Shown here piece after piece: positions 50,055 through 60,820 of a stretch of DNA of 64,000 nt; position 1 is the stretch's first letter; each line of letters begins with the position of its first letter. Origin of the DNA: Balanoglossus misakiensis (Eukaryota > Animalia > Hemichordata); assembly GCA_040954595.2 (NCBI GenBank), contig CM082581.2:1294699-1358698 (forward strand), in the 5' to 3' direction. The translations under genes were made by a program, and so were the position numbers. A model generated the notes under the pieces. That model saw only the letters and a program-made list of their open reading frames with translations, did no database searches and had not been told where the DNA came from.

Positions 50055-50707
50055 CTTCAGAAACAAAGACAAATTAAGCATGCATTGTAAATACCGTAAA
50101 ACGGGAAATCTTCACAACAGGAAATTTTCGCGATATCAAAGGTGGCTACTGTTACGCGACAATTAATTTTCACATTGGCATATTTTACTGCATTGTTATC
50201 TCTGAAGCATTTTAAGCGACTTTTTATTTTCATATTTTTTGGCTCTCACATAGTTTACGAAAATTTATCGTTCACGAAAATTTTATAGTATTCAATCCTT
50301 GTTGCATTTCCTGCTGTAACAGCTACTCAACATACTGTAAAATGGGAAATGTTCGCAAACAATAAATTTTCGCGATCTACGTGAGAGCCATCAAAACATG
50401 AAAATAAAAAGTTGCGTAAAAATGTTTTTCGGGGATAATGATGCAGTGAAATACAAGAACGTGAAAAGTTATTGTTGCATAACACTTGCCTCTTTTGATA
50501 ACGCGAAAATTTCATGTTGCAAAAGTATCCCGTTTTACAGTATATATGTGATTAATTAAATTTCCAAATTGTGTTCCAAAGTTGTATAGTTTGAAGTAAT
50601 GTCTGCCAAAATTGTCAAACTAAAATCACTGCAAAATAATATGACAAATTTTTTAATATGACAAATATTTTTAACATGGCTGACTCATGATCATATCTGA
50701 TACTCAC

Positions 50708-50892
50708 AATGATGTAATCAACATCTGTGTTCCTCTCTAATCCAAAGTTCTCATCAAAGATAAGAGTTAATGGTCTTCCAGTTGGTTCCTTGATTAACCA
50801 GCTACACATAACATCATCAGGGTAAGTGCTAACATCATACCCTGGTGACTGAATCGTGCCAAAACTACGCAGAATTTCAATTCCCTGGCAAC
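50708..50892 (-). CDS. uif: uif-like exon: CUB3 first half
   Basis: GCQGIEILRSFGTIQSPGYDVSTYPDDVMCSWLIKEPTGRPLTLIF...; AG acceptor, GTGAGT donor. Confidence 0.9.
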
Positions 50893-51109
50893 CTTTAAAG
50901 AAACAAGTGACCTATCGGTCAAAAGAGCTCTGCTGACTTTAACAGTGAAACCTATAGCTGGGCAATGATATGAATACCCTAGGTTTTAATCATAACAATT
51001 GTATTCTATTAAACAAAACCAAACATAGACATCACAAGTATTTAATATCCACATTCAGCCTGATTCATTGTGCTAAAGAAAGAAAGAATTTATTCCTAAA
51101 GAACAACAT

Positions 51110-51663
51110 CAAAAGGAAGTACCAAGGTACTAATTTGCATATTCATGACCCGATCAAAATTCCAATAAAACAAAATCAGGTAGGGGCACCATAACACACA
51201 TTCTACCAAATTTCAGCTCCATCGTACATGTAGTTAGGGAGAAGAAGATTTTTTACCAAAAATTATATTTTTAGATCTAATTTGCATATTCATGACCCGA
51301 TCATATCCAAATTTATGAAATCAGGTAGGGGCACCATAACACACATTCCTGCCAAATTTCAGCTCCATCGTACATGTAGTTAGGGAGAAGAAAATGTTTG
51401 ACCAACATTCTATTTTAGATCTAATTTGCATATTTATGACCCCATCAAATCCAAATTTACAAAATCAGGTAGGGGCACCATAACACACATTCCTACCAAA
51501 TTATAGCTAAATATGCAATGTCGTTTTAACGAAGAAGATTGAAATACCGAAAGTTGACGGACGACGGACAACGGACGCCGGACAACGGACGCCGGACGAC
51601 AGACGGACACTTATCAACCTACTGCTACAGCTTGGCTGACACAAGTGACAGCCAAGCTAAAAA
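51110..51663 (-). mobile_element. Helentron/DINE-like element with ~150-bp tandem repeats
   Basis: Inverted repeat AGCTTGGCTG...CAGCCAAGCT, (GGAC/GACG)n microsatellite, and three units containing AAATCAGGTAGGGGCACCATAACACACATTC. Confidence 0.8.
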
Positions 51664-51820
51664 TACCAAACAAGGAATAATGAATTCAATCCACAGGTTT
51701 GGTGTAATCCTGGCTGCCTTTTATTTTGTGCTAGGGGATCAAATCACATAATAATTGCCTTCTGGATAAAAAGTCGTACGCGACAGAAGAAATGACTGTT
51801 AACTGTATATGACTTCCTTA

Positions 51821-52624
51821 GGCTGCATTCACAAACACCTCTGGAGGGGGGGGCGGGAGAATTCAATTTTTTTTACCGCTAATTTTCACATGCCCCCCTT
51901 CCGAACTGCCAATATTTTCAAATCCCCCCCATCCGAACTGCCAAAATTTTGAAATCCCCCCCCCCCCCATTTTCTTTCACAGAGCAAAACACATCACCTA
52001 TCTATCTTGTAAAAAGAAAAACAGCGCTCCCATGAAAAGAATTTGAAACTGATGTTTCCCCTCATCAGTGGGTATTAAAACTGAACATTGTTTTTATTTT
52101 TAAAGTACATATATTTGTATTCTGTGTTGGGAGACATTGTAAACCGAGAATTGAAGGGGGTGGGTTTGGGAGGGGGTGTCCCCCTCCCACGTAAGAAAAT
52201 TTTCTAAAATACAGAGCTCAAAGCTGCATTTTAATGAACCCGGCAAAAGCAAATTAACTCAACTACCGGTATGTTGGGGAGGACAAATTTAACCGTCGCC
52301 GCTCAAAGTTATCATGGGGTGGGGCAAGTCCCCTGACCTGGGACACTAGATAAACCAGTCAATGATTGAAAGGTGTTGATGAATGGAGGGGGTGGGTGTG
52401 GGAGGGGGTGTCCCCCTCCCACATTAGAACATTTTGTAAAATAAAGGGCGCGAAACTGCATTTTTGTGGACTCAAAATAAATATTTAGTCGTTAAAGTTT
52501 TCAAGTCCCCCCCTTTCAGTCCCTAAATTATTTCAAATCCCCCCCTTACATACCCTCAATTTTTTCAAATCCCCCCCCTCAATTCTCCTGCCCCCCCCCT
52601 CCAGAGGTGTTTGTGAATGCAGCC
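51821..52624. mobile_element. PIF/Harbinger-like MITE, full length
   Basis: TIR GGCTGCATTCACAAACACCTCTGGAGGGGGG at both ends; TTA TSD at 51818-51820 and 52625-52627. Confidence 0.9.
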
Positions 52625-52843
52625 TTAGGTCAAACCTTTCTGTCGTTATACATGTAGTTATCAAATTAAACTCATTTAACTTTTTTCACATTTTGTTATT
52701 TTTTCTGTTAAAAAGTTCCATAATGACCCAGTATCAGATTAGCTTATATTATAAACTTCCAGAAAGAATGGCAAAAGAAGATAGATCTGTGATCCTTACA
52801 ATTCTTACTGGGTTGAAATTCTTTGGGAATGATTTTAAGTGAT

Positions 52844-53200
52844 TTAAAGGGACAAAGTTTCTCTCACTCGCTGCCCTTTTTCCATTAACTATGTTTGATA
52901 CAAGACACTGTTTATGTTATTCTACATGTGGATATATAGTGAATCAACATTCAACCACGCACAACTTCCATCCCGTTTGTAGGATATGAGAGTAAAAATA
53001 TTGCCAAAATGAATAAACGGTAGAGACCAATTATTCATTTTGGCGAGTTTTTTCACTCTTGTGTCTACAAGTGGGATGGAAGTTGTTTGTGGTCAAACGT
53101 TGTTTCAATATATATCCACATGTAGAATAACATAAACGCTGTATTGTATCATCATAATTCCTGGAAAAAGGGTAGCGAGAGAGAGTGTTTGTCCCTTTAA
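52844..53200. mobile_element. Family K1 MITE
   Basis: TTAA-AGGGACAAA...TTTGTCCCT-TTAA. Confidence 0.88.
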
Positions 53201-53281
53201 AACATTGTTCTCTTGCATCATGAATCCTTGATTGCCTCTTCATTCAAACAACGTCTTGATCAATTTGAATGCGTTACCTAC

Positions 53282-53483
53282 CTGCCCAGTAATGTACATG
53301 AAAACCTCTCATTGTAACTGCATCATCACTCTTAATGTCAACTCTCATCATACTTTTGGAAGATATGATGACATTGGGTAACTCCATCCCAGAAAATAAA
53401 GCAAGTCTGAGGGCAGGATTCAGTTCAGCGCCATCGTATACAGACACTTGATCAGCCCCATCTTCTGTTGCAAAGGAGATAAA
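53282..53483 (-). pseudogene. uif: uif-like exon: CUB2 second half (acceptor mutated)
   Basis: FISFATEDGADQVSVYDG...IKSDDAVTMRGFHVHYWA. It has the same 202-bp length as the CUB1 equivalent but is preceded by TTTTCCG instead of TTTTCAG. Confidence 0.85.
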
Positions 53484-53594
53484 CGGAAAAGATATAAAAA
53501 ATAGCATCAAAGACACTTTGCTCCCATTTGATATGTACATTTAAATGTGACATACCGTACAATCATAGTGATCACAATTTCCTACACAAAACCA

Positions 53595-53878
53595 TTAAGG
53601 GGCAAAGTCTCTCTCTCTCTCGCTGCCCCTTTTCCATTAATTATCGTTTGATTATCGTTTATGTTATTCTAGATGTGGATATATAGTGAATCAACATTCC
53701 ATCCCGCTTCATTTTGGGCGAGATTTTTACTCTCATATCCTAAAAATGGGATGGAAGGTGTGTGTGGTCGAATGTTGATTCACTATATATCCTCATGTAG
53801 AATGACATAAACGGTGTCTTGTATCAAACATAATTAATGGGAAAAGGGCAGCGAGAGAGAGAGACTTCGTCCCTATAA
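53595..53878. mobile_element. Family K1 MITE, internally deleted
   Basis: GGGCAAAGTCTCTCTCTCTCGCTGCCC... is inverted at the right end. Confidence 0.8.
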
Positions 53879-54243
53879 GGACACCTTTAGCATTGATGAG
53901 GTAATATAAGAATACATCTGATAAAGAATATTTTCACATCCCAATAAACCAAAATCCAAAACAACTGGAAGAGCCGTTTCTGACATAAGTGGACTTTTGG
54001 ACCAAAAATGTCTAAAACTACCCACCCCCCTCCTCCCCAGTATTGATATTTGTCACATGTTTATGTACACCATAATAACAAATATTGTAGGTCCTTGTAA
54101 ACCAAATTTTAAGAAATCGGAAAAGTGACTACTGAGAATTGACCAGAAATGACAAAAATAAAATGTATTTTTAAAAATATAATTACTAATTTTTGTCATG
54201 CTGTAAAACAACTCACACGATTAATTGCATCTGAATCCACTAC

Positions 54244-54395
54244 CTGTAAAGTGACAACAAATTCTGTTGTGAATGATGCCAGCTGTCAGTTACAATCTTC
54301 ATTGTTGAGATAATTCTTGCCTTCAAAATATTCTGTACTGCTGAGATTCTGTTTATATGACTGTGCTATGAAATTCCCACCACACAAAGAATACA
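54244..54395 (-). pseudogene. uif: uif-like exon: CUB2 first half with an in-frame TGA
   Basis: VYSLCGGNFIAQSYKQNLSSTEYFEGKNYLNNEDCN*QLASFTTEFVVTLQ; the TGA at 54288-54286 occupies the conserved CUB Trp position. Confidence 0.85.
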
Positions 54396-54688
54396 CTGAA
54401 AGAAAGAAGAAGTCATCTTAACAGAAACACTTCACAAACAGGACATCAGCAAGATCACAGTCGAGGTAGGGCAAATATTGCCTACATGTGCAATCTATAA
54501 TGTTATACCAGGTTCACGTAGGGTAAAATTCGAAACGTTTCAGAGACACTATTTGCCTAAGGTAAACACAGAGCATTAATGCTTTTAGTTGCCTTGTGTC
54601 CACACATGCAAAGTTTATGTGTAGTTCGCGAAAATTTATCGTTTGCGAAAATTTCCAGTTTTACATTATGTATAAAACTTGGTATTAC

Positions 54689-54890
54689 CTGCTTGCCAAG
54701 ATGCTTCAAAGCCAGTAGCAGTATGCGAACTATCTGAGAGAAATTTCACCAACATTGCATTACCACTGCTAATAACTTCATCAGGCTGGTCCGGTCCACT
54801 GTATGTGGCAAGAACTTTGGATGGGTCAAACACAGACACCTCGACAATGACAACAGTATCATGATAAAGTTCAGTGTCAAAATGTAGAAA
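54689..54890 (-). CDS. uif: uif-like exon: CUB1 second half
   Basis: FLHFDTELYHDTVVIVE...ISSGNAMLVKFLSDSSHTATGFEASWQA; CAG acceptor, GTAATA donor. Confidence 0.9.
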
Positions 54891-55249
54891 CTGAAAAGAA
54901 TAAAAAATGTCACAACACACATCATAAATAGTGAGCTGTCTCAAGCCAATATACATGAAAATAAACACAGTTTCATGACTTAAGCCCCATTAGCTGTAAC
55001 TTTTTGCATTTTTCAGTATTTCTATTCTGTGTATCAATTATAGTTTCTTGTTCAGCTACGCAGGGCAGAGTTAAATCCATAGTCTTAACTTCTCAACGAA
55101 ACCTATGAGGGCACAATCGGCATTGTTGTTGTTTGAAAACATTCGTAAATAATAACAACAGTCAGTACACATACACATGACTCGTTGACAAGCAGAGAGC
55201 TGGGTGTGATGGGTTACTCATGAGGAGAGGAACAAGAAAAAGTGTTTAA

Positions 55250-55910
55250 TTTAAATAATAACACATGATAGCGAGGGCAATATCACGATTTGAAGCCTGC
55301 ATGAGGGATGGTGATCTCTGACCATAATATTGATGATGCCCGAGCCGCAGGCGAGGGTATCATCAATATTTTGGTCAGAGATCACCAGCCCGAGGGCAGG
55401 CTTCAAATCGTGATGTTGCCCGAGCATAATGTGTTATTAATTTTATTACGCCGAACATTTGAACGTACATACACTGCAGCATGTAGCATGTAGACCCGCG
55501 TCCATATGTCGTACGTTGCTGAGAATGTAAAATGTCTCGATCTCCCAAGAATTATACGATACCTACTTCGAACTTAGATTATTTTGAAAATACTGCGCTG
55601 TTGGTTGCGATTTTGGTGTATTTACTGCCCGTTTGCAGTAAAATATCATCCAGTAGAACAGGTGTTAAGCCTGTGTGTCGCTTTGAAGCCATATAGATGC
55701 GGGAGTTGACTGATCGTGAAGGAAGCCATTGAACGACAGTTTGGAACGCGCAGAAGTCGTGCCCAGAACACCAAAACAACCAAGTGGGCAATATCAGCGC
55801 ACGCGACAGGGCTTTATCAACTCTAGCCATGTTATATCACTTTTTTTTCTATATCACGTGAGCGCGTCTCAGCCAATCACGAAAACGGTATAATACGTGA
55901 GGTGTAATAA
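55250..55910. mobile_element. Non-autonomous element with a long terminal hairpin (Crypton-like)
   Basis: ~185-bp inverted repeat at 55256-55439 centred on CCGAGCCGCAGGCGAGG; the other end has CAGCCAATCAC...GTGTAATAA. Confidence 0.55.
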
Positions 55911-56217
55911 ACACAAAACAAAATTACTGATAAACTAGCCTGAAGTTATAGATAATGGCCCTTTAATTCAAAAGTTTACCAAAAATCATGTTTGTTATAA
56001 GGAAGAAAAAAATCAAATTATTTTTTTTTTAGTTGAAATGAATTTAAATCTAATACATGTGTCTGTTTTTTTTTTTAAAGTGTTTGTATGTCGAATGGAC
56101 GGGAAAAGGTGTTTTGTATAGGCAGGTTTCCAGATTAGACAGAGTTAGTGGTTTATGCAAGTTTTACTGTAAAAAAATAACTGGTTTTGGAATTTGACAG
56201 TTTACAAGTGAGCACTT

Positions 56218-56341
56218 ATTCTGGATGTTGCAGGTCCCTGGATTGTCCAAATACATTCTTGTAGAATGTAATAATTATCATCTGGGTATCCAGTGCTGTG
56301 AAAGGTCCCCGATTCACCAGTTTCCAAACCACCACATGTTC
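56218..56341 (-). pseudogene. uif: uif-like exon: CUB1 first half, 3' end lost
   Basis: GTCGGLETGESGTFHSTGYPDDNYYILQECIWTIQGPATSRI runs directly into a dispersed repeat (also at 59543-59590); there is no phase-0 GT donor. Confidence 0.82.
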
Positions 56342-56989
56342 CTGAATATCATTAAAATAAAAAGAAAGAGTATGTTTGTGTGATGAATGGTCATAAAGAT
56401 TCAGCTCATCAAGTTGACGAAATTTCATTGATGATAAAATTACTTCACCAACAGTGAGTATCCAATGTACATGTATAAAACAATGTTTGTATTAGTATAA
56501 ATCAAATGTAAAAATTTTGAAACGACATTTATCACACCCGAAAATTCCAAGAACCGCATATTATGATTCTCTAAGCTCAAACTATCAGTGTGACAGATGC
56601 CAGATTCTTAAAATACTTGGCCCAGTTTTGTTTCTGATTTATATTTATGACATACTGTAAAACAGGAAATTTTTCATGATATCAAAAGTGGCAACTGTTA
56701 TGCGATGATTGATTTTCGCATTCTCATATTTCACGGCATTGCTATCTTCGAAAAACATTTTGACACAACTTGTTTATTTTCGCGTTTTTTTGGCTCTCGC
56801 ATAGTTCGCAAAAATGTATCGCTCGCGAAAATTTCCTGTTTACAGTACAAAATTCTTTGAGGATCAGACTTTCTGCTGACAGTTCAAAAGTAGTCTTTAG
56901 TTGCAAAGGAGATGATCATACAATTAAACCACGATCGTGACGTCACACTATTCAATAGACAAGTCATTCACTGAGAGAACCTCCGTCTC

Positions 56990-58400
56990 ACACAAAACCA
57001 CAGGTTTAAAACCAAGTCCCGGGTAGTTCTAGAACTACCTCCGGGGGTTCTAGAACTACCGCAGGACTCAGTCTCACCTGTCGTAACAAAAATACAAATA
57101 CACAATGCTTTATTTGCATAATTACATTTACTTCTATACCTGTATTCAAAGTACATTTCATTTGAATAGAGTAATTGTTATGTTAATTGAAAGCGAACTG
57201 GATATGCGACAGTCTCCGGATCATTTCATTCAATGCTTCACATTCACAGTTTTGTCTACTGACGTACAAAGCTAATGTCTTGGTGGCTCTCGAGAGTCTT
57301 CATAACATGATAATAAAAGTATAAAATAGACAAAAATCAATTCACCAGAAACAAACTAACGTTGCAATAAATTAACTACAAATTTCTAGAAAATTATACT
57401 AAATCACATTATCCCCAGATTTGCTTGCATTACTCTAACCAGATGCTTCACTTCGATTTTGCTTCACTACCGACATGTAACAAGGTTGGCTGTTTTAGGC
57501 CTAAAACCCGCGTACCTTGCAAAATTCTGCTTACTTTTTGTTGCTGTTCACCAGACGTGGGTTTGTAATGTCGGACGGATTCACTTCGGTATCAAGTCTT
57601 TTCGCAGATGAGTTACTCACCAATATCGCTACCATACAGACGTGTTGCCGCTGTGGCTCGTAGAGAGTGGTTCGTTCAAAAGCCAGGGAGGCCAATACAC
57701 AGACGGGCAGTAGTACCATGTAGAGCATTGTTACCCGGTTTTTGCTTTACCAACATGTAGCCGCTTGTTTTCGCAGATGATATAGATCGGAACTACATGT
57801 ATCTTCAGATCGATTTCATGGACATTTGAAGGAAAATAAAAAAAAAACGTGACACTTACATGTAGGCCTTCTGCATTTGGCCTAGAAAATTTTCGCGTAA
57901 GCTTACCATGTGCACGCAAAACCCCAATAGCTGTAACGCTTCCCATAATACACTACGTAACACACCTGTAAAGTTTAATTTGATGCAAATTAGTGTTTGA
58001 AATTAGCATATCACTCTGACACGTAAGCATGAACATTTAGAGTAACACCTGTCAAGCGTGGGCGATCTTGTAAGGCCCAGCAGGGCGGTCTAGAACTACC
58101 TGCCCACGACATGATTCATTTATAGGAAAAGGGGTGGCCAACCAAATTTCACAGTCAGCAATGAAGAATAAGCCTCTTTTGATAAGCTTTTGTTCGTTCA
58201 TTTTATTGAATCGTTGAGTAAAACGACGTCTTTGTGGTACACGAAGCTCCAATGGTGACAATGTCTGTGGGGGGTCGTGGTTTAAGTTAGAGAACCACCT
58301 CCCCCTCAGTGGTTCTTGGTTTCCAATCGCCTCGGGCCTGCGGCCCTCGGCAATTCGAAACCAAGAACCACCTCGGGGTCGGTGGTTCTCTATTACATAA
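56990..58400 (-). mobile_element. Crypton (tyrosine recombinase) transposon relic
   Basis: Minus-strand frame at about 57514-57695 reads GLPGF*TNHSLRATAATRLYGSDIGE*LICEKT*YRSESVRHYKPTSGEQQQKVSRILQG. There is a terminal hairpin at 58288-58392 and repeated TAGAACTACC motifs. Confidence 0.85.
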
Positions 58401-58594
58401 ATAGTCTAAAAGAAATTGTTAAGTAAACATAACCATACAATTAATGAGTGGAATTATCTAGCGACAACTGGCCTCAATTTTGAATTTCAAATATAACACC
58501 ATTCTGCACCCAAGGAGACATCACATGATCTGATCCCCCTTGTTTAACTTTTAGTGGTGAGCTCTTCCAAGTATATCTTGTATTGCTTAGGGGA

Positions 58595-58895
58595 CTCTAA
58601 CTCTCTCTCCTTCCCTCCCTTCCACCCCCTCCCCCTCCCTCTCTAGCTCTCTCCCTCCCCTCTCCCGCCCCTCTCCCTCCCCTCTCCCGCCCCTCTCCCT
58701 CCCTCCCACCCCTCTCTAGCTCTCTCTCCCTCCCTACCCCCCTCTACCCCTCCCTCTCCCTCTAGTTCTCTCTCCCCCTCTCCCTCACTACCACCCTCCC
58801 TCCCTCCCTCCCTGTCACTCTCCAGCTCTCTCTCCCTCCCCTCTCACTCTCCCCTCCCAGCCTCTCCCTCCCGCTCTTTTGCACACACTCTCTCT
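58595..58895. repeat. Polypyrimidine (C/T) low-complexity tract
   Basis: About 300 bp almost entirely C/T on the plus strand (CCCT/CTCT units). Confidence 0.95.
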
Positions 58896-58990
58896 TAGTA
58901 TATATATTGGGAGGTGACTACAGCAGTGCGAGAAAAGTAAAGACCTGATGCGAGTAAGGGAAGATTCTAGCTGATTTGAATCAGACTTAC

Positions 58991-59206
58991 CTTCAGCACA
59001 AGCTGCTACTTCACACATTGACAGACTGACATCATCACATCTTGCATGATACAATGGGTAATTATTTTCAAAGAGGTTTAACCTCACACATTGCCCAGTG
59101 GAGGCATCAGGTTCTGTGTCTGCCCATCGACCATCAAAGACACTACCTTTCCTGCCATCTGAATAATCATATTCCACACTGCCATCTCGATTGGGTCCAC
59201 TAAATC
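58991..59206 (-). CDS. uif: uif-like exon: C-type lectin C-terminal part
   Basis: GFSGPNRDGSVEYDYSDG...WADTEPDASTGQCVRL...CDDVSLSMCEVAACAE; TAG acceptor, GTAAGT donor. Confidence 0.88.
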
Positions 59207-59242
59207 CTATAAAATGGAAATAAAGAAAGAAGATGCATACAG

Positions 59243-59437
59243 CAGTGTTTCATCCAGGATGGGGGGGGGGGGATATGTCCCCCTTTGCTTGAATAGTTGC
59301 ACTCTTGCAAGGAGGGGAATGAGTGACATCGCTGAGTCTGTAAGGGGCACCATTTCCCCCTTGACAAATTTCTAGGGGGGTGCCAACATGCTGACAGTGG
59401 GCGAATTCCCTCATCCCTCCATCTGGATGAAAAACTG
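59243..59437. mobile_element. Short MITE with a 7-bp TSD
   Basis: CAGTGTTTCATCCAGGATGG...CCATCTGGATGAAAAACTG flanked by CATACAG on both sides. Confidence 0.8.
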
Positions 59438-59650
59438 CATACAGAGTCACTTAATAGCAAGATTTTGTGAGGTTATTGAGATGTAAAAAATAGGCTTTTC
59501 AATTACCATCTTGAGACAATTATCATTCAAGTGTTACTATGCAGTGCTTACTTGTAAACTGTCAAATTCCAAAACCAGTTATTTTTTACACTTGATACAC
59601 CCACAAATTATTTGGGAACACTGACAAACACTGTTAAAAGACACACTCAC

Positions 59651-59769
59651 CAATCCAACCATGGTTCGCTGTTTCATTGGAAGTCTCTTCAATCTGGTTT
59701 ACAATCTCTGCTCCAGCATAACGATTTTCAGAATAACCCTCAATTACTGTCAAGTGCCCACCATAAAAT
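59651..59769 (-). CDS. uif: uif-like exon: C-type lectin middle part
   Basis: FYGGHLTVIEGYSENRYAGAEIVNQIEETSNETANHGWIG; CAG acceptor, GTGAGT donor. Confidence 0.88.
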
Positions 59770-60504
59770 CTGAAAATAAACCAATTTATAACACATCAAA
59801 CATGTTCCAAACTAATTTCGAAATTCCAGTCCGTGAATAATACATTTCCTCTTTGAAAACATTTAATATTGGTGAATAAGAGGTTCATAAATGTATAACA
59901 TTAGATTTTTGTTTGTAAAGTCTATATTTTGTGTTACACCTTTCCAATAAGTGTGTGATTAGTGTAGATTTCGGCAGAATTTCTGGGAAAAAAGAATCTG
60001 TGAAAAATTCACCTGAATTTTGGGGAGAAAAAAAATTGCTGAACGTTTCCTTTGAATAAAAAAGTTCAGCTTATTTCTTTTAGAGAAAACATGACAATTT
60101 CCAGGAAATGGCTGTTGTTGTTTTTTTTTTGGTGTGAATAAACTTAAAAGACAAATTCTGATACAGTTGCATCAAGGTGATGGAAGAAAATCCCAGATTA
60201 ACAGGATATTTGGAGAATTTATCCAGAATTTCAAAATTAGTTCGAAATGTGACATTGTGTTATCAATGATCTGTGTTGAGCAGTCGAACGATGAACGGGT
60301 AGTTGACAATTCCCACGAGCACACCCGTATCTTTCCTCGGTAGTTGCGCCGGGCCGGTCGGCAATGTAACAGAAAAAGTGGTACGATATGCCAGCTGAGC
60401 CGTCGCTAGTCTACAATTCCGAGTCTACAAGGCCGTCTCTAACTAAAAATTATAATAACTATCGAGGTACGTGACAATTATATCAGCGAATGTGGGGCTG
60501 GGGG

Positions 60505-60820
60505 TTGCTGCAGTTTGCAGCCCCTCCATCTCCCCTGGACGATTTTTGTTTTTGCGGGGCTGCAGGTCCCAGCTATTCTAAACCGCACAACGAGCGACCG
60601 GGATTTGGGCCCGGAGCGAATTTCTACACTCCAGACGTCTCCAGTCCACAATTTTCCACAATTTTTTCGCCAAATCGGTCCCGGAACCCATACAGCGCTT
60701 ACCTGGCAAAGGATGTCGCGGTATTTGTCGATTTTGCCTACGTTTTCCCCAGTTATTCAACTTCAATCGGCAAAACCAAAACTCGTTCAGGGGAGATGGA
60801 GGGGCTGCAAACTGCAGCAA
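60505..60820. mobile_element. MITE with ~38-bp TIRs and a 10-bp TSD
   Basis: TIR TTGCTGCAGTTTGCAGCCCCTCCATCTCCCCTG(G/A)ACGA; GGGCTGGGGG at 60495-60504 and 60821-60830. Confidence 0.82.

Larger units (their letters stand above)
45925..59769 (-). pseudogene. uif: uninflatable-like gene, N-terminal half (CTLD-CUBx3-CCPx4-EGF-Cax2), disabled
   Basis: Fourteen exons in the domain order of Uif. They include the distinctive EGF insert LYANNGTGGFYLPPGETGLSMYDVYTFNQSCV, which recalls insect Uif. It has a nonsense codon, a mutated acceptor, a frameshift and repeat-truncated exons. Confidence 0.82.

Noticed and set aside
54286-54288. Selenocysteine or read-through recoding of the CUB2 TGA
   Set aside because: The position is a conserved Trp, not Cys, and the gene has other disabling lesions.
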